DNA from: Acidobacteriota bacterium
GTDB taxonomy: Bacteria > Acidobacteriota > UBA890 > WLXD01
Reading direction: 5' to 3'
Assembly (NCBI GenBank): GCA_965248695.1
Contig: CBDFKD010000002.1
Span: 3,232,001-3,296,000, forward strand
Length of the DNA stretch: 64,000 nt
Each line of letters starts with the position of its first letter. Position 1 is the first letter of the stretch. Below the pieces are notes generated by a model. That model searched no databases. It worked only from the letters and a program-made list of their open reading frames with translations, and was not told the DNA's origin. The position numbers and the translations under genes are program-made. Positions 29,087 to 40,760 of this stretch are shown here, piece after piece.

Positions 29087-32000
29087 TGACTACCTTCCGT
29101 GTGTGTTGCTCGAGCAACTGGAAGACCACGTCGATCTCGGCATCGAGTTCCTCGAGCAGGCCGGGCACCTTTGTGAGATCCCCGGCGCGACCCGCCTTCT
29201 CCAGTTGACGGCACAGGTTCATCAAGACCTGCGCGCCTATGTTCCCGGACGCCGACTTGAGGCTGTGGGCCAGGCTGCCGACCACATCGGCCTGCCCGGC
29301 CTGAACCGCGCGCTCCAGATCGGCGCGGAGTTGGGCCGCGTTGTCCCGGAAGCTCCGTACGACGCGCTGCACGAGGTCCGATTCTCCGGGTCGCTGCAGC
29401 GCCCGAATCTGATCCAGTTGGTCAACGTCGAGCGACGCCGTGGACTCCATCTCGGCCGGCAGCGGGCTCTCTGCCAGGGACGCCGGCGCTTCGCCGGTCG
29501 CAGTCAGCCACCGAGCCAGGACTTCGTACAGCTGCTGCGGCGTGTGCGGCTTGGCGAGGTAGCCGTTCATTCCGGCTTCGACGGAGCGAGCACGAACGTC
29601 GTTGCCCACGTTCGCGGTCATCGCCACGATCGGCACCGCAGGACGATGCTCGTCGCGCTCACGGGCGCGGATCTCGCGCGCCGCATCAAGGCCGTTCATC
29701 TCCGGCATCTCCCAGTCCATCAGCACGAGATCGAACGAGTCGGTGTCGGTGAGCTCGACGGCCTCCAGCCCAGTGCCGGCGACACGCACCGAGCACCCGA
29801 CGTGCTCGAGCATTCCGACCGCCACTTCCTGGTTCACCGGGTTGTCGTCGACCAGCAGGACGGTGCCGGAGAACATCGACGCGGTCGGATCGGCGACTCG
29901 CGAAACACCCTCGGCCGGTGCCGCCAGCGCCTCGCGGACACCGGCGTAGAAGCGTCGCAGACCGGGGGGACTGGACAGGAATGACCACCCACGCCCCGAG
30001 ACCTCCTCGACGCGCGCGAGGGAGTCGGCGGGCGGCACGAGGAGCAGCACACGGGTGTCGAGGTCGAGGTCACGAAGAGCCTTGAGCCACTTCTGTCGTT
30101 GACGATCGGCCGTCTGGACCTCCACGACCAGAAGGTCGAATCCGGACAGCCCCTCGGTGAGCGCCGCGGCATCGGTTACCTCGAAGATCTCGTCGGCGGC
30201 GCGCTTCGCCGTCGCACCCCAGCTACCGACCTGTCGCGTCAACCACCCGGAGAGCCGATCGCCGACGCCGATGAACAGAACGCCGGAACCCTCGAGTCGC
30301 TCCCGCGGCCTGAACGTCGGCTGTGCCGCGAGGCGGGCAGTGAAGCGGAAGGTGGTGCCCTCGCCCGGGGTGCTCTCGACCTCGAGCTTGCCGCCCATGG
30401 CCTCCACCAACTGCAGGCAGATGTTCAGACCGAGCCCCGTCCCACCATGCTTGCGGGTGGTCGAAGCGTCGGCCTGCTCGAAGGCCTCGAAGATGTGTCG
30501 CTGCGCCTCCTCCGGGATGCCGATTCCGGTGTCGGCGACGGCGAAACTCAGGTGCGCCGTACCTTCGCGGTCGTCGTACACGTCGACGCCCACGGTCACC
30601 GAGCCTTCCTCGGTGAACTTGATGGCGTTGTCGACCAAGTTCAGGAGCACCTGCCGCAGCCGCACCGGATCGCCGACCAGATCCGACGGTACGTACGGAT
30701 CGATCCGGCAGCGAAGGGCGACCGACTTGGAGCGTGCGCGCTCCGCAAGGATGCTCATCACGTCACCGACGGTCTCGATGAGATCGAACTCGGTGCTCTC
30801 GAGGCGGAGCTTGCCGGCCTCGATCTTCGACATGTCGAGGATGTCGTTGAGTAGATCCAGTAGCGTTTCGCCGGAACGACGGATCGTTCGCGTCAGATGC
30901 CGTTGCCTGGGGCTGAGAGGAGTGAACATCAACAGATCGGCCATGCCGAGCACGCCGTTAATCGGCGTGCGGATCTCGTGGCTGACCTTGGCAACGAACT
31001 CCGACTTCGCCTGCGCCGCTACGCGGACTCGTTCGGTCACCCTTACCTGGCTGGCGAGCTCCTCAGAGCGCTCCTCGACGATGTGTGCCAGCTTGGTGCG
31101 CTCACGACCGAGAAAACGCGTCCGACCCAGGTGCAGACCGTAGGCGCCGAGCACCGTAAAGAAGAACAACAGACCCCTGAACCACCAGCTTTGATAGGGC
31201 GACGGCAGCACTTCGAAGGCGAACGTCGCCGCAGTCTCGCTGCGCACACGATGGGCGTTCAGCGCATGGATCTCGAACACGTAGCTGCCCGGCGCCAGGC
31301 TCGCGTAGGTGACCTCGCGATCGGCGGTCTCGGTCCAATCGTCTGTGTGCCCGCGCAGTCGATAGAGAAACCGGTTGCCGCGCTCGTTGAGAAAGCTGAG
31401 TCCGGTGAAGCGGAAATCCAGTGTGTTGCTGCTGTGCCGCACGACAACTTCCGGCCCGGCTTCGACCGTAACCCCGCCCGCCGCAACCGAGACAATCGCC
31501 ACGTTCGGCGGCACCACCGATCGCTGCATCAGCTCGGCGTCGAACCGGATGACACTACGTCGTGTGCCGAGCCAGATGCGCCCAGCGGGATCCTCCCAGA
31601 TCGCGCCGTCGAGCCCATCGAGAGCCGCCAGCCCGTCGGCCGAACCGAAGTGGGAGAACGTTCCGTCGCTCTCGAGCCGGTCGAGACCACGGTTGGTGAA
31701 CAGCCAGACACGCTCGTCACGGTCGACGAGGATCTGCCGGACGAAATCGTTGACCAATCCGGCATCGGAGGACCAGTGCTCGACCTGCGTACCGTCGATC
31801 CGATAGGCACCGTAGCCATCGGTTCCGAGCCAGACGCGCCCCTTCTCATCGGCGGCGAGCGCCAGCACGTCGAGATCCTGAACCGGTTCGGGTAGCGGAA
31901 CGATGCGATCCGTCGACACGTCGTAGGCGAACATCCCGTCGTCGGTGCTGCCCCACAGCCGGCCGCTCGTGTCGACCGCTAGCGCTCGAATGGTGCGCTC

Positions 32001-33377
32001 GCGCAGGTCGGCGAGCGCGCCGGGAGTCTCGGTGCGACCGTCGCGCCAGCGCACAATGCCAGGCTGCAGGCCGATCCACACCTCGCCGGCAGACCCGCTC
32101 TCCAACTCGGTAACGCGACCCGATGGCAATCCGCTGCCGCGACGCAACCAGCGTGTCACACCACCGTCATCGACCAGCACCCCGTTCGACGTGCCGACCA
32201 GCAACCGGCCCTGGCCGTCGACCGCGACGGCGTGCGTCTGCTCGCGGCGCAGCGCGGCTCGCAAGCGGCTGCTGTCGAAGCGGCCGTCGTCGAGGCGGGC
32301 GACGCCGCGTGGCGTCGCCACCCAAACGTTGCCCAGCGAATCCCCGGCGACATCGACGCCGGAGTTGCCGGGCAATCCTTGCTCGGCCGTGTAGGTCGTG
32401 AAGCTGGCGGGCACCAGCTTCGCCAGACCGTCCTGGGTGGCAATCCAGATATTGCCCTCACGGTCCGCGGCGATGCCATGCGCCGTCGGATGGGGCAAGC
32501 CGTTGACCTCGGTGAAGAACCGGGCTTCTTCGCCGTCGATGTGAATCACACCGCCCCAGCTAGCGAACCAGATCGAGCCATCCGGGGCGAGAGTGCCTGC
32601 GTTCACGAAGCGAGCCCGCTCGCCCTCCAGCGCTGGGTGCTCGAACGGGCGGAAGCCGGCCCCGGAGGCGCGGAAAACACCGGCGTTCGTTCCCAGCCAT
32701 ACGCGACCACTGGCATCCTCGAGGATGTCGTTGACGCGGACACTGGTGTGGATACCCGGCAGCGGTGCTCCCAGCCCGGCTTCACTTGCACGCCGCACGA
32801 ACCCCGCGCCCCCGATCCACAGGGTACCGTCGCTGCCGCCGTGCACCGCGAAGGCGTCGACGCGATGAAGCAACTCGGTGGCGGGCTCGGCGCCGCTGAA
32901 CTCGATCCGAACCACACCGCCCGGTGTTGCCAGCGCGACGCCGCCCGCGACCAGGGTCAGATCACGGACCCAGGGCTGCTCGGTATCCGCGTCAAGCCGG
33001 GAGGTGTGTAGCTGCCCATCTCCCAACCGCCAGGAAACGCCGTTGCGCGTCGCCGCCACGAGGACTCCCTCGGTCGACTGCAGCACGGCAGTGACGGCGT
33101 TGTCGGCGAGCCCGTCGGCCTCTGTGAGCACGTGGAACGTGGTGCCGTCATAGCGAGCCAGGCCCGATGATGTGGCCACCCAGATCATCCCGGCGGGATC
33201 CTGGTATACACCGACGACTTCCTGACCCGGGAGACCATCAGCCGTCGAATACGGGGTCACGTGCAAGCGCTGCGCCGTCGCGGCGGTAGGAATCGCTAGC
33301 GTCGACGTCACGCCGAGCACCGTGAGGCAAAGCCGCACCACACCGGCCAAGGCCCGTCTCATGGGAGAAGCAACCAT
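29079..33377 (-). CDS. Hybrid sensor histidine kinase (Reg_prop propellers, Y_Y_Y, HisKA, HATPase, pseudo-REC, REC, HPt)
   Basis: Repeated D..G.IW.AT..GL blades, [57 protein letters not shown]. Confidence 0.95.
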   Translation of the reverse strand: MVASPMRRALAGVVRLCLTVLGVTSTLAIPTAATAQRLHVTPYSTADGLPGQEVVGVYQDPAGMIWVATSSGLARYDGTTFHVLTEADGLADNAVTAVLQSTEGVLVAATRNGVSWRLGDGQLHTSRLDADTEQPWVRDLTLVAGGVALATPGGVVRIEFSGAEPATELLHRVDAFAVHGGSDGTLWIGGAGFVRRASEAGLGAPLPGIHTSVRVNDILEDASGRVWLGTNAGVFRASGAGFRPFEHPALEGERARFVNAGTLAPDGSIWFASWGGVIHIDGEEARFFTEVNGLPHPTAHGIAADREGNIWIATQDGLAKLVPASFTTYTAEQGLPGNSGVDVAGDSLGNVWVATPRGVARLDDGRFDSSRLRAALRREQTHAVAVDGQGRLLVGTSNGVLVDDGGVTRWLRRGSGLPSGRVTELESGSAGEVWIGLQPGIVRWRDGRTETPGALADLRERTIRALAVDTSGRLWGSTDDGMFAYDVSTDRIVPLPEPVQDLDVLALAADEKGRVWLGTDGYGAYRIDGTQVEHWSSDAGLVNDFVRQILVDRDERVWLFTNRGLDRLESDGTFSHFGSADGLAALDGLDGAIWEDPAGRIWLGTRRSVIRFDAELMQRSVVPPNVAIVSVAAGGVTVEAGPEVVVRHSSNTLDFRFTGLSFLNERGNRFLYRLRGHTDDWTETADREVTYASLAPGSYVFEIHALNAHRVRSETAATFAFEVLPSPYQSWWFRGLLFFFTVLGAYGLHLGRTRFLGRERTKLAHIVEERSEELASQVRVTERVRVAAQAKSEFVAKVSHEIRTPINGVLGMADLLMFTPLSPRQRHLTRTIRRSGETLLDLLNDILDMSKIEAGKLRLESTEFDLIETVGDVMSILAERARSKSVALRCRIDPYVPSDLVGDPVRLRQVLLNLVDNAIKFTEEGSVTVGVDVYDDREGTAHLSFAVADTGIGIPEEAQRHIFEAFEQADASTTRKHGGTGLGLNICLQLVEAMGGKLEVESTPGEGTTFRFTARLAAQPTFRPRERLEGSGVLFIGVGDRLSGWLTRQVGSWGATAKRAADEIFEVTDAAALTEGLSGFDLLVVEVQTADRQRQKWLKALRDLDLDTRVLLLVPPADSLARVEEVSGRGWSFLSSPPGLRRFYAGVREALAAPAEGVSRVADPTASMFSGTVLLVDDNPVNQEVAVGMLEHVGCSVRVAGTGLEAVELTDTDSFDLVLMDWEMPEMNGLDAAREIRARERDEHRPAVPIVAMTANVGNDVRARSVEAGMNGYLAKPHTPQQLYEVLARWLTATGEAPASLAESPLPAEMESTASLDVDQLDQIRALQRPGESDLVQRVVRSFRDNAAQLRADLERAVQAGQADVVGSLAHSLKSASGNIGAQVLMNLCRQLEKAGRAGDLTKVPGLLEELDAEIDVVFQLLEQHTRKVVNG

Positions 33378-33479
33378 TCTTGGATCTCGTTGATTACTAA
33401 AAGACAGTAATGGTCCCTAGTACATAGAAATACACCCTTGTGTCCGCCGTTGAGAAGCAGAAAATTGCCTCTGGACCAA

Positions 33480-33564
33480 CCTGTCAGGAGGACAGCGCCA
33501 GCCTGACGGGAGGGAAGCGCACGCCTGGCGGAGGACGGAGCAAGCCTGGCAGGAGGGCAGCGCA
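33480..33564 (+). repeat. Four imperfect tandem repeats, period 22/22/21 bp, consensus CCTGDCRGGAGGRCAGCGC
   Basis: CCTG at 33480, 33502, 33524 and 33545, each followed by GGAGG. Confidence 0.8.
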
Positions 33565-34073
33565 TGGAGAAAAGACGGGGCCGACCGACGCATCCAGCGG
33601 TGGACAAGCAATGACCGGGATCGTGTCCACTGGCCAATCTTCCGATTCAGCCAACGACCCCGGCCACCGCCACCACGCGAGCGTTTCGCCGACTCGCTTC
33701 GTGGGAGCGATGGGTCGAGGAGGTTGTCGAGTCGCTCCCACTGTGGACAGGCTAGGCTCGGTCCCGGGGCGATACCTGAGGAAGTTCCGCGTTTTCTCTA
33801 AGGGTTTCCTGATGCCGCCATGTGCCGTCGAATTCGTGTCTGCCGTGCCAGCGCCGCGGCAGCGCTCTTGACGTCGCCATACCACCGGCTCGGCGACGCT
33901 CCCGACAGCACATCGACCGCGCCACCTCGGCAAGCGTTGAATCGGCGGCGTGCACCGGCTAGCGTTCGTCTACGCTACCCCGGCGATCAGCAACGGGTGT
34001 ATCGACATTCGCAACGAGAACAACCCGTGGGCGATCGGCGCTCCAGACTGAGCCCAGGTGTCCTCCGAACGGA

Positions 34074-35428
<1,355 letters not shown>

Positions 35429-35432
<4 letters not shown>

Positions 35433-35884
35433 GTCGACGCGAGGTTCGTGTCCTAGTGCGCCGGCTGCCCGGCACCGACGACCTGCCGCTGCCCAGATAC
35501 CAGACCGACGAATCGGCGGCCGTCGACCTGCACGCCGCGCTCACCGAGCCTGTGGAGCTGGATCCCGGCGCCATCGAGCTCATTCCCACCGGCTTGGCGA
35601 TTGCCCTGCCGCCCGGGTATGAAGCGCAGGTACGTCCGCGTTCCGGCCTTGCTGTGAAACACGGCGTCTCGCTGCCCAATACGCCTGCCACTATCGACGC
35701 CGACTATCGCGGCGAGATCAAAGTCCCGCTGATCAACCACGGCCACGAGGCCGTGACCGTCACGCGCGGCATGCGCATCGCGCAGATGCTGGTGGCGCCG
35801 GTACCGCGCATCGTCTGGGACGAGGTCGACCAGCTGCCCGAAACCGACCGTGGACCGGGCGGTTTCGGGCACACCGGCGATTAG
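35429..35884 (+). CDS. dut: dUTP diphosphatase
   Basis: [37 protein letters not shown]. Confidence 0.96.
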
Positions 35885-36706
35885 CTACTGGTTCGACGGG
35901 CGCTCGGGCTGCTGATCGTCCGGCTGTTGATCAGGCTGCTCGAAGCGGCCTCGCCCGCGACCGCCCATCGACTCCTGGTGCGCCTCCAGCTCCGCGCGGG
36001 TTACCTGCCCGTTGCCATCGGCGTCGGCCCTCGATAGTCGTTCCCAGAGCATCTCCGGCAGCTGCTCGGCGCTGAGGTAGCCAACACCATCAGCGTCGAA
36101 TCGGGAAAACAGGCCATCGAGCATGCGTTCACGCATGGCGTCGCGAGCCTCACCCCAATCCCCGCGTTCGGCGCCTTGCCCACCAGCCGGGCCAGCGGGC
36201 CTGGCGGCTCGACCACGACCTCCGAATCTGCCGGCTCGGAAGCCTCCGGACCAGTGGCGACCACCCCGAAATCCGGGACGGCTGGTCCAGAGGCCCCCGC
36301 CGGCGAACCCTCTCCGACCGAAACGAGCCAAGTGACGGCCACCACGACCGCCGACGAATCCGCCAAAGCCGCGCCCAGGACCGAAGCGGCGCCCGGCAGA
36401 GAATCCCCGGCCGGCGGCAACCCCCCCAACAAAGGCTCGACGTCCCATGCTCCGGCTCTGTCGCGGCATCAACTCGTCGACGCCGACGCTGCCGTCGCCG
36501 TCTGCATCAAGCGCTGTGAGTGACTCCGAGGCCGAAGCGATCTCTGCCGCCGAGATCTCACCGTCGCCATCGGTATCCAGTGCGTTCAACAGCTGCGGCG
36601 CTTGGCCCCAGCCGCCAGGCTCTTCATCAGGCGCCTGTGCCAAGGCACTCCCGGCGCAGACCAGCACAGCGACCACCGCCGCCGCGGATGTCTTGAAAGC
36701 ACTCAT
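35885..36706 (-). CDS. Secreted EF-hand protein with Gly/Arg/Phe-rich linker
   Basis: Signal peptide (ALA|Q); EF-hand loops DTDGDGEISAAE, DADGDGSVGVDE, DADGVGYLSAEQ, DADGNGQVTRAE; GAAGGAGG RBS. Confidence 0.85.
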   Translation of the reverse strand: MSAFKTSAAAVVAVLVCAGSALAQAPDEEPGGWGQAPQLLNALDTDGDGEISAAEIASASESLTALDADGDGSVGVDELMPRQSRSMGRRAFVGGVAAGRGFSAGRRFGPGRGFGGFVGGRGGRHLARFGRRGFAGGGLWTSRPGFRGGRHWSGGFRAGRFGGRGRAARPAGPAGGQGAERGDWGEARDAMRERMLDGLFSRFDADGVGYLSAEQLPEMLWERLSRADADGNGQVTRAELEAHQESMGGRGRGRFEQPDQQPDDQQPERPSNQ

Positions 36707-36816
36707 CGCGTTCCTCCTTCATCTGATGGGCAACGCGACCCGACGGGTACGCCCGCGCCTCGATCCCCTCTTGTTGGATTGGACCAGATCGACGGGCAAA
36801 TGGTCGTCGGCAACCG

Positions 36817-36841
36817 GCAAAGTTGTGTAAAGAACTGTAGT
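36817..36841. promoter_or_regulatory. CpxR/OmpR-like direct-repeat box GCAAA-N5-GTAAA-N5-GTAGT
   Basis: Three pentamers at 10 bp spacing about 110 bp upstream of the EF-hand gene. Confidence 0.4.
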
Positions 36842-37281
36842 CAGACTGGCCGGCAGGCTTGAAACACTGGAGCGCGCTCAGTCGAATCCGGGGCGAGCGA
36901 CGAAGATGCAGCCGAACTCACCGATCGCGGCAAGGCGATCTTACTGGGCGCACTCGCCGGAATTGGACGGAGTGGAGATGGTCTTTGGATCTGCGGGGAC
37001 CGGACGATATTCCCCTTGAACTTCTTGGGGCCGGTCCGAGACACCTGTTCGAAGCGGATGCTCTTGATGTCCTTCAGGGCTTGCCGCCTGACCCAACGGC
37101 AACCGATACCGCTGCCGTCGACGACCTCCACCTCCAGCGTAGCGGCGAGGCTTCGTGTTGTAGGCCAAGACCCTATAGGGGTGCCGGTTTCGCCAGGCGT
37201 CGAGTTGACGGCTCCTAGCGGTGTCTGGCCGGACTCGGCAGTTGTTGCATAGAACTGTTGAGCGAACGAGCGCGCCGGGTT

Positions 37282-37518
37282 CTAGCCGCTCTCGCGCGCC
37301 GCAGCGAATAGGACCACTACCCCGAGCAGCACGAAGACCGCGCCCCAAACCGCCTCGCTATTGTGCGGGAAGAGGTTCTGCAGGAACAAACCTCCGCCGA
37401 TCGCGATCAGCGACACCCCGCATAGCCATCCGCCCCACGGGAACGGCCAGCAGGTGTAGTAGTAGTAGTGCGTCTCGGTGGATTGTTGCCCGGTCCGTTG
37501 GATCGTGTCGTTGTCCAT
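37282..37518 (-). CDS. Small two-TM membrane protein (LiaI/LiaF-TM-like)
   Basis: AGGAGAG RBS; G..LIAIGG.LFLQNL and W.AVFVLLG pattern. Confidence 0.7.
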   Translation of the reverse strand: MDNDTIQRTGQQSTETHYYYYTCWPFPWGGWLCGVSLIAIGGGLFLQNLFPHNSEAVWGAVFVLLGVVVLFAAARESG

Positions 37519-37546
37519 TGCAGCTCTCCTATGTGTGGTTTGGGGG

Positions 37547-37780
37547 CTAACGAGAGAAGGGTGGCCGCTGTCCGCCGGCCTCGGTCAGCACCCAGATCCC
37601 CAGCGCCAGCAGGATCCCCGGGCCGATGAGATCGTGCACAACGCCGGGGAGAACATCGAGCTCGGTGAGGATCAGAACGAGGCCGACAACGACGCCGCCT
37701 CCGCCCCAGAAGAACAGCCCGCTGCGACCTGCACAGCAGAAGGGCAGATAGCGGATCTCGCGCTGTGGATGGTTCACCAT
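37547..37780 (-). CDS. Small two-TM membrane protein (LiaI/LiaF-TM-like)
   Basis: GGAGG RBS; FWG....VGLVLIL..L and P.ILLALGIW.L pattern. Confidence 0.7.
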   Translation of the reverse strand: MVNHPQREIRYLPFCCAGRSGLFFWGGGGVVVGLVLILTELDVLPGVVHDLIGPGILLALGIWVLTEAGGQRPPFSR

Positions 37781-37793
37781 CAGACCTCCACTT

Positions 37794-37807
37794 ACTACGG
37801 TTGTAGG
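37794..37807. promoter_or_regulatory. Putative second BlaI-family operator ACTACGGTTGTAGG
   Basis: Near-palindrome resembling the site upstream of the blaI-like gene. Confidence 0.6.
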
Positions 37808-37825
37808 ATTTCAGCTCAAGAAAAA

Positions 37826-38803
37826 TCACGCACTGAAGAACAAGAGAACCAACATCAGCCAAGTCACCGCAAAGCCACACCGTTGACGCATCCACCCCAA
37901 CTGAGTGTCACGCTCCATCAGATGTTCGACCCTCTCGGAGAGCATCGGACGGACGCCCAGCAACTGCGGAACGAACTGCAACCGGCGGGTCAGCTCCGTG
38001 CGGCTGGCGGCGGCGTATCGGTACGTTTTCATCAGCATTCCGGCGTAGGTCTCGGGGCCGCCCAGAACATCGACCGCGACGTCGTCGCAAGCCTTCTCCT
38101 CCTCCCGGTGCAGCTGCGCCGCTATCACCCCGGCGAACGGGTTCAGGGTCGAGAAGACGCGCACGCCCTCGGACGAGAAACAGTTTCCCGGCTGCCGCAG
38201 GTAGATATGGGCCAGTTCGTGGGCCAGGGCGCCGCGCAATTCTGCGTCCCCCAGCCGCGCCAAGAGATTCGACGGAAAGACGATCGCCGGGTCACCCTCG
38301 ACGATCACCGCCGGTGAGGCAAGATTCGTCTGCGTCAGGAGCCGCGGGCGCTGAGGCAACCCTTCGAACCGGCAGCGAGCCCGGATGCGCTCGGCGTTGG
38401 CTCGATACAACGCCATGACCTCATCGAGCGCCGCCGCCAGGCGTCCGTCCTCCGGCACCGGCGTCGCTCCCGTCAGCAGCGCCCCTTGCGCTCGCCGGGC
38501 GAGGGCCCACCGCACGAGAACCGCGATGCCGGTGAGCAGGATGAACACCGGCAGGACCGTCTGCGTCGGTACCGCTTGGCGCGCCCAATCGCCGAATACC
38601 TGCCGCGGCCACGCAACCACCAGCGCCAGCCCGAGCAACACCAGCGTCGACTTCAACAGCGGTGCCAGGTACAGGCACAGGCGCAACTTGCCATGCTGAA
38701 TACGAAAGACATGTACGGCCAGATGGACAAAGGCCCAGGTCAGGCTGCCGGCAACGAGGGCCGGCAGCACGTTGTTCAGCAGGAACTGGCTCGCGACGCT
38801 CAT
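37826..38803 (-). CDS. M56-family membrane metallopeptidase (BlaR1/MecR1-like, no sensor domain)
   Basis: N-terminal TM helices, ALAHELAHI zinc motif, NP, EEKACDD, LSERV; ATGA overlap with the repressor gene. Confidence 0.88.
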   Translation of the reverse strand: MSVASQFLLNNVLPALVAGSLTWAFVHLAVHVFRIQHGKLRLCLYLAPLLKSTLVLLGLALVVAWPRQVFGDWARQAVPTQTVLPVFILLTGIAVLVRWALARRAQGALLTGATPVPEDGRLAAALDEVMALYRANAERIRARCRFEGLPQRPRLLTQTNLASPAVIVEGDPAIVFPSNLLARLGDAELRGALAHELAHIYLRQPGNCFSSEGVRVFSTLNPFAGVIAAQLHREEEKACDDVAVDVLGGPETYAGMLMKTYRYAAASRTELTRRLQFVPQLLGVRPMLSERVEHLMERDTQLGWMRQRCGFAVTWLMLVLLFFSA

Positions 38804-39204
38804 CGCTGTCGGTCCTGGCGTTTTCGGCGGATCAGTTCCTCGAGCCGCCGCAGTTCGTCGTCGTCGACGCGCTCGTCCGACTCGATCAGGTGCGCGATGG
38901 CCCGGCTCGTCGAGCCGCCGTAGACTCGCCCAACGACCGATTGCAGCAGAGAGCCTGCGACCGCATCCTGGCTGGCCGCCGGCCTGTAGACATAGGCCCG
39001 GCCGTCCTTGTGGCGCTTCAGCAGCCCCTTGTCGGCGAGCCGAGTCATTACCGTCATGACCGTGGTGTAGGCAGCACCGCGCGTGGGCTCGAGGGCACGG
39101 CGCACATCTTCGACCGTCGCCTCCGTCGAATCCCACACGACCCGCATGATCTCCGCTTCCAGATCTCCCAGCCGATCCGGACTGCCGGGTTCCTGCCTGC
39201 TCAT
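38800..39204 (-). CDS. BlaI/MecI/CopY-family repressor
   Basis: LGDLEAEIMRVVW, AYTTVMTVM.RL..KG.L.R...GRAY.Y; no C-terminal Cys motif, so not CopY. Confidence 0.93.
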   Translation of the reverse strand: MSRQEPGSPDRLGDLEAEIMRVVWDSTEATVEDVRRALEPTRGAAYTTVMTVMTRLADKGLLKRHKDGRAYVYRPAASQDAVAGSLLQSVVGRVYGGSTSRAIAHLIESDERVDDDELRRLEELIRRKRQDRQR

Positions 39205-39215
39205 GCGAAAGTTCT

Positions 39216-39229
39216 ACTACGACCGTAGT
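39216..39229. promoter_or_regulatory. BlaI-family operator palindrome ACTACG-AC-CGTAGT
   Basis: Perfect 6-2-6 palindrome 12 bp upstream of the repressor start; resembles the TACA-N2-TGTA box. Confidence 0.75.
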
Positions 39230-39236
39230 TTCTAAA

Positions 39237-40760
39237 TCAAGTCGGCATCGCCTGACGCAGTGACCTGACCAGCGAGATGGCCATTGCGATGCCGATGAAC
39301 AGCACCGGGAACGATGCGATCAACACACCCAGCCGGATGACCTGGAGCCCACCGACGAACATCATGAACACCGGCAATACGCCGATCACCAGCGCCCAGA
39401 ACAGGCGGTGCTCGCGGCCAGGGTTCTGGTTTGCCCGCAACTCGGCAGTGACGCTGGCGGCGAGGGTGTACGAGGCCGAATCGTAGGTCGTGGCTACGGA
39501 GATGCAGCTCACCACCGCGAGGACGGCGAGCGCGAGCGCACCGTAGGGCAGCGACGCGACGATCTGCGCGGTGGCGACGTTCATGCCGCTCTCCGCCAGT
39601 ATGGCGCTCAACGGCAGGACACCCTCCAGCTCCAAGTACAGGGCGTAGTTGCCCATGATGAAGTAGAAGATCCAGCATCCCAGCGTGCCGAAGAAGATCA
39701 TCGAAACGACGACCTGTCGGATCGTGCGCCCACGGGAGATGCGGGTCACGAAGATGCCGATCACCGGGGCAAAGGCGATCCACCAGGCCCAGTAGAAGAT
39801 CGTCCAGGCCTCTACGAAGCCGGTCGACTCGACGGCGTCGGTCCAGGTCATCATGCGGACGAAGTTCTGCACCATGAAGCCGACGGTGTCGGTGGAGGTC
39901 TTGAGGATGAACAGTGTCGGCCCCACCAGCAGCATGTAGCCCAGGAAGCACAGCACCAGCACCACGTTGAGGTCGCTCAGCCGCTTGATGCCGCGCTCGA
40001 GCCCCTTGTAGACGCTGACCGCGAACAGCCCGACGCAGAAGATCACCACGCCGGCCTCGAGGCTGAACGACGACTCGATGCCGAACAGCTCGGCGAGCAC
40101 CGCGGCGATCATCGGGGCGATTAGCCCCAGCGACGTGCCGGCTCCACCGATAAGGCCGAGCATGGCGGCAAGGTTGATGAGCCGTCCGACGACGCTGCGA
40201 TGACCCTCTGGTCCGAGCAACGCATGGCACGACGTGCTGGCGCACAGGTGCGGCACGCGCTCGACGTAGAACGGGTAGGCAATCGCCACCGTGGCCAGCG
40301 CGTACAGGCTCCAGGCAGTCACTCCCCAGTGGAACGGCCCGTAGGCGCTGGCCCACGCGATCGCCTCGACGGAGCGCGGCTCGGCACCGAACGGTGGCGC
40401 ATTGTAGTAGCTGATCCACTCCACGCCTCCAAACACTAGAAGCGACGCACCGGTGCCGGCGCAGAACAGCATCCCGGCCCAGGAGAAGGTCGAGAAGTCC
40501 GGCCGCTCGCCTTCGCCCCCCAGCCGTACCTGACCATGGCGGCTCGTGGCCAGCCAGATGAGGAACAGAATCGCGCCGATGGCGCACCACTGGTACAGGA
40601 ATCCGAAGTTGTGCGTCAGGCCATCGTACAGATCAGAGACCAAGGCCCCGGCGCGATCTGGATCGACACCGAGGGGAATACTCGCGGCGGCGACCACGCC
40701 GATGACGACGGTGAACATTACCCAGTCGATCTTCGGATCTGCCGGTGCGCCGCCACGCAT
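39237..40760 (-). CDS. BCCT-family betaine/carnitine/choline transporter
   Basis: SWAGMLFCAG.G, FHWG..AW, GIKRLS..N, WTIFYWAWWIAFAP..G.F..RISRGRTIR. Confidence 0.95.
   Translation of the reverse strand: MRGGAPADPKIDWVMFTVVIGVVAAASIPLGVDPDRAGALVSDLYDGLTHNFGFLYQWCAIGAILFLIWLATSRHGQVRLGGEGERPDFSTFSWAGMLFCAGTGASLLVFGGVEWISYYNAPPFGAEPRSVEAIAWASAYGPFHWGVTAWSLYALATVAIAYPFYVERVPHLCASTSCHALLGPEGHRSVVGRLINLAAMLGLIGGAGTSLGLIAPMIAAVLAELFGIESSFSLEAGVVIFCVGLFAVSVYKGLERGIKRLSDLNVVLVLCFLGYMLLVGPTLFILKTSTDTVGFMVQNFVRMMTWTDAVESTGFVEAWTIFYWAWWIAFAPVIGIFVTRISRGRTIRQVVVSMIFFGTLGCWIFYFIMGNYALYLELEGVLPLSAILAESGMNVATAQIVASLPYGALALAVLAVVSCISVATTYDSASYTLAASVTAELRANQNPGREHRLFWALVIGVLPVFMMFVGGLQVIRLGVLIASFPVLFIGIAMAISLVRSLRQAMPT

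Noticed and set aside
33480-33564. CRISPR array
   Set aside because: Repeats are degenerate and adjacent with no unique spacers; no cas genes
36841-37260. Short ORFs (e.g. 36841..37131) between the EF-hand and small membrane protein genes
   Set aside because: No recognisable motifs or clear start signals; could be a gene remnant but unsupported
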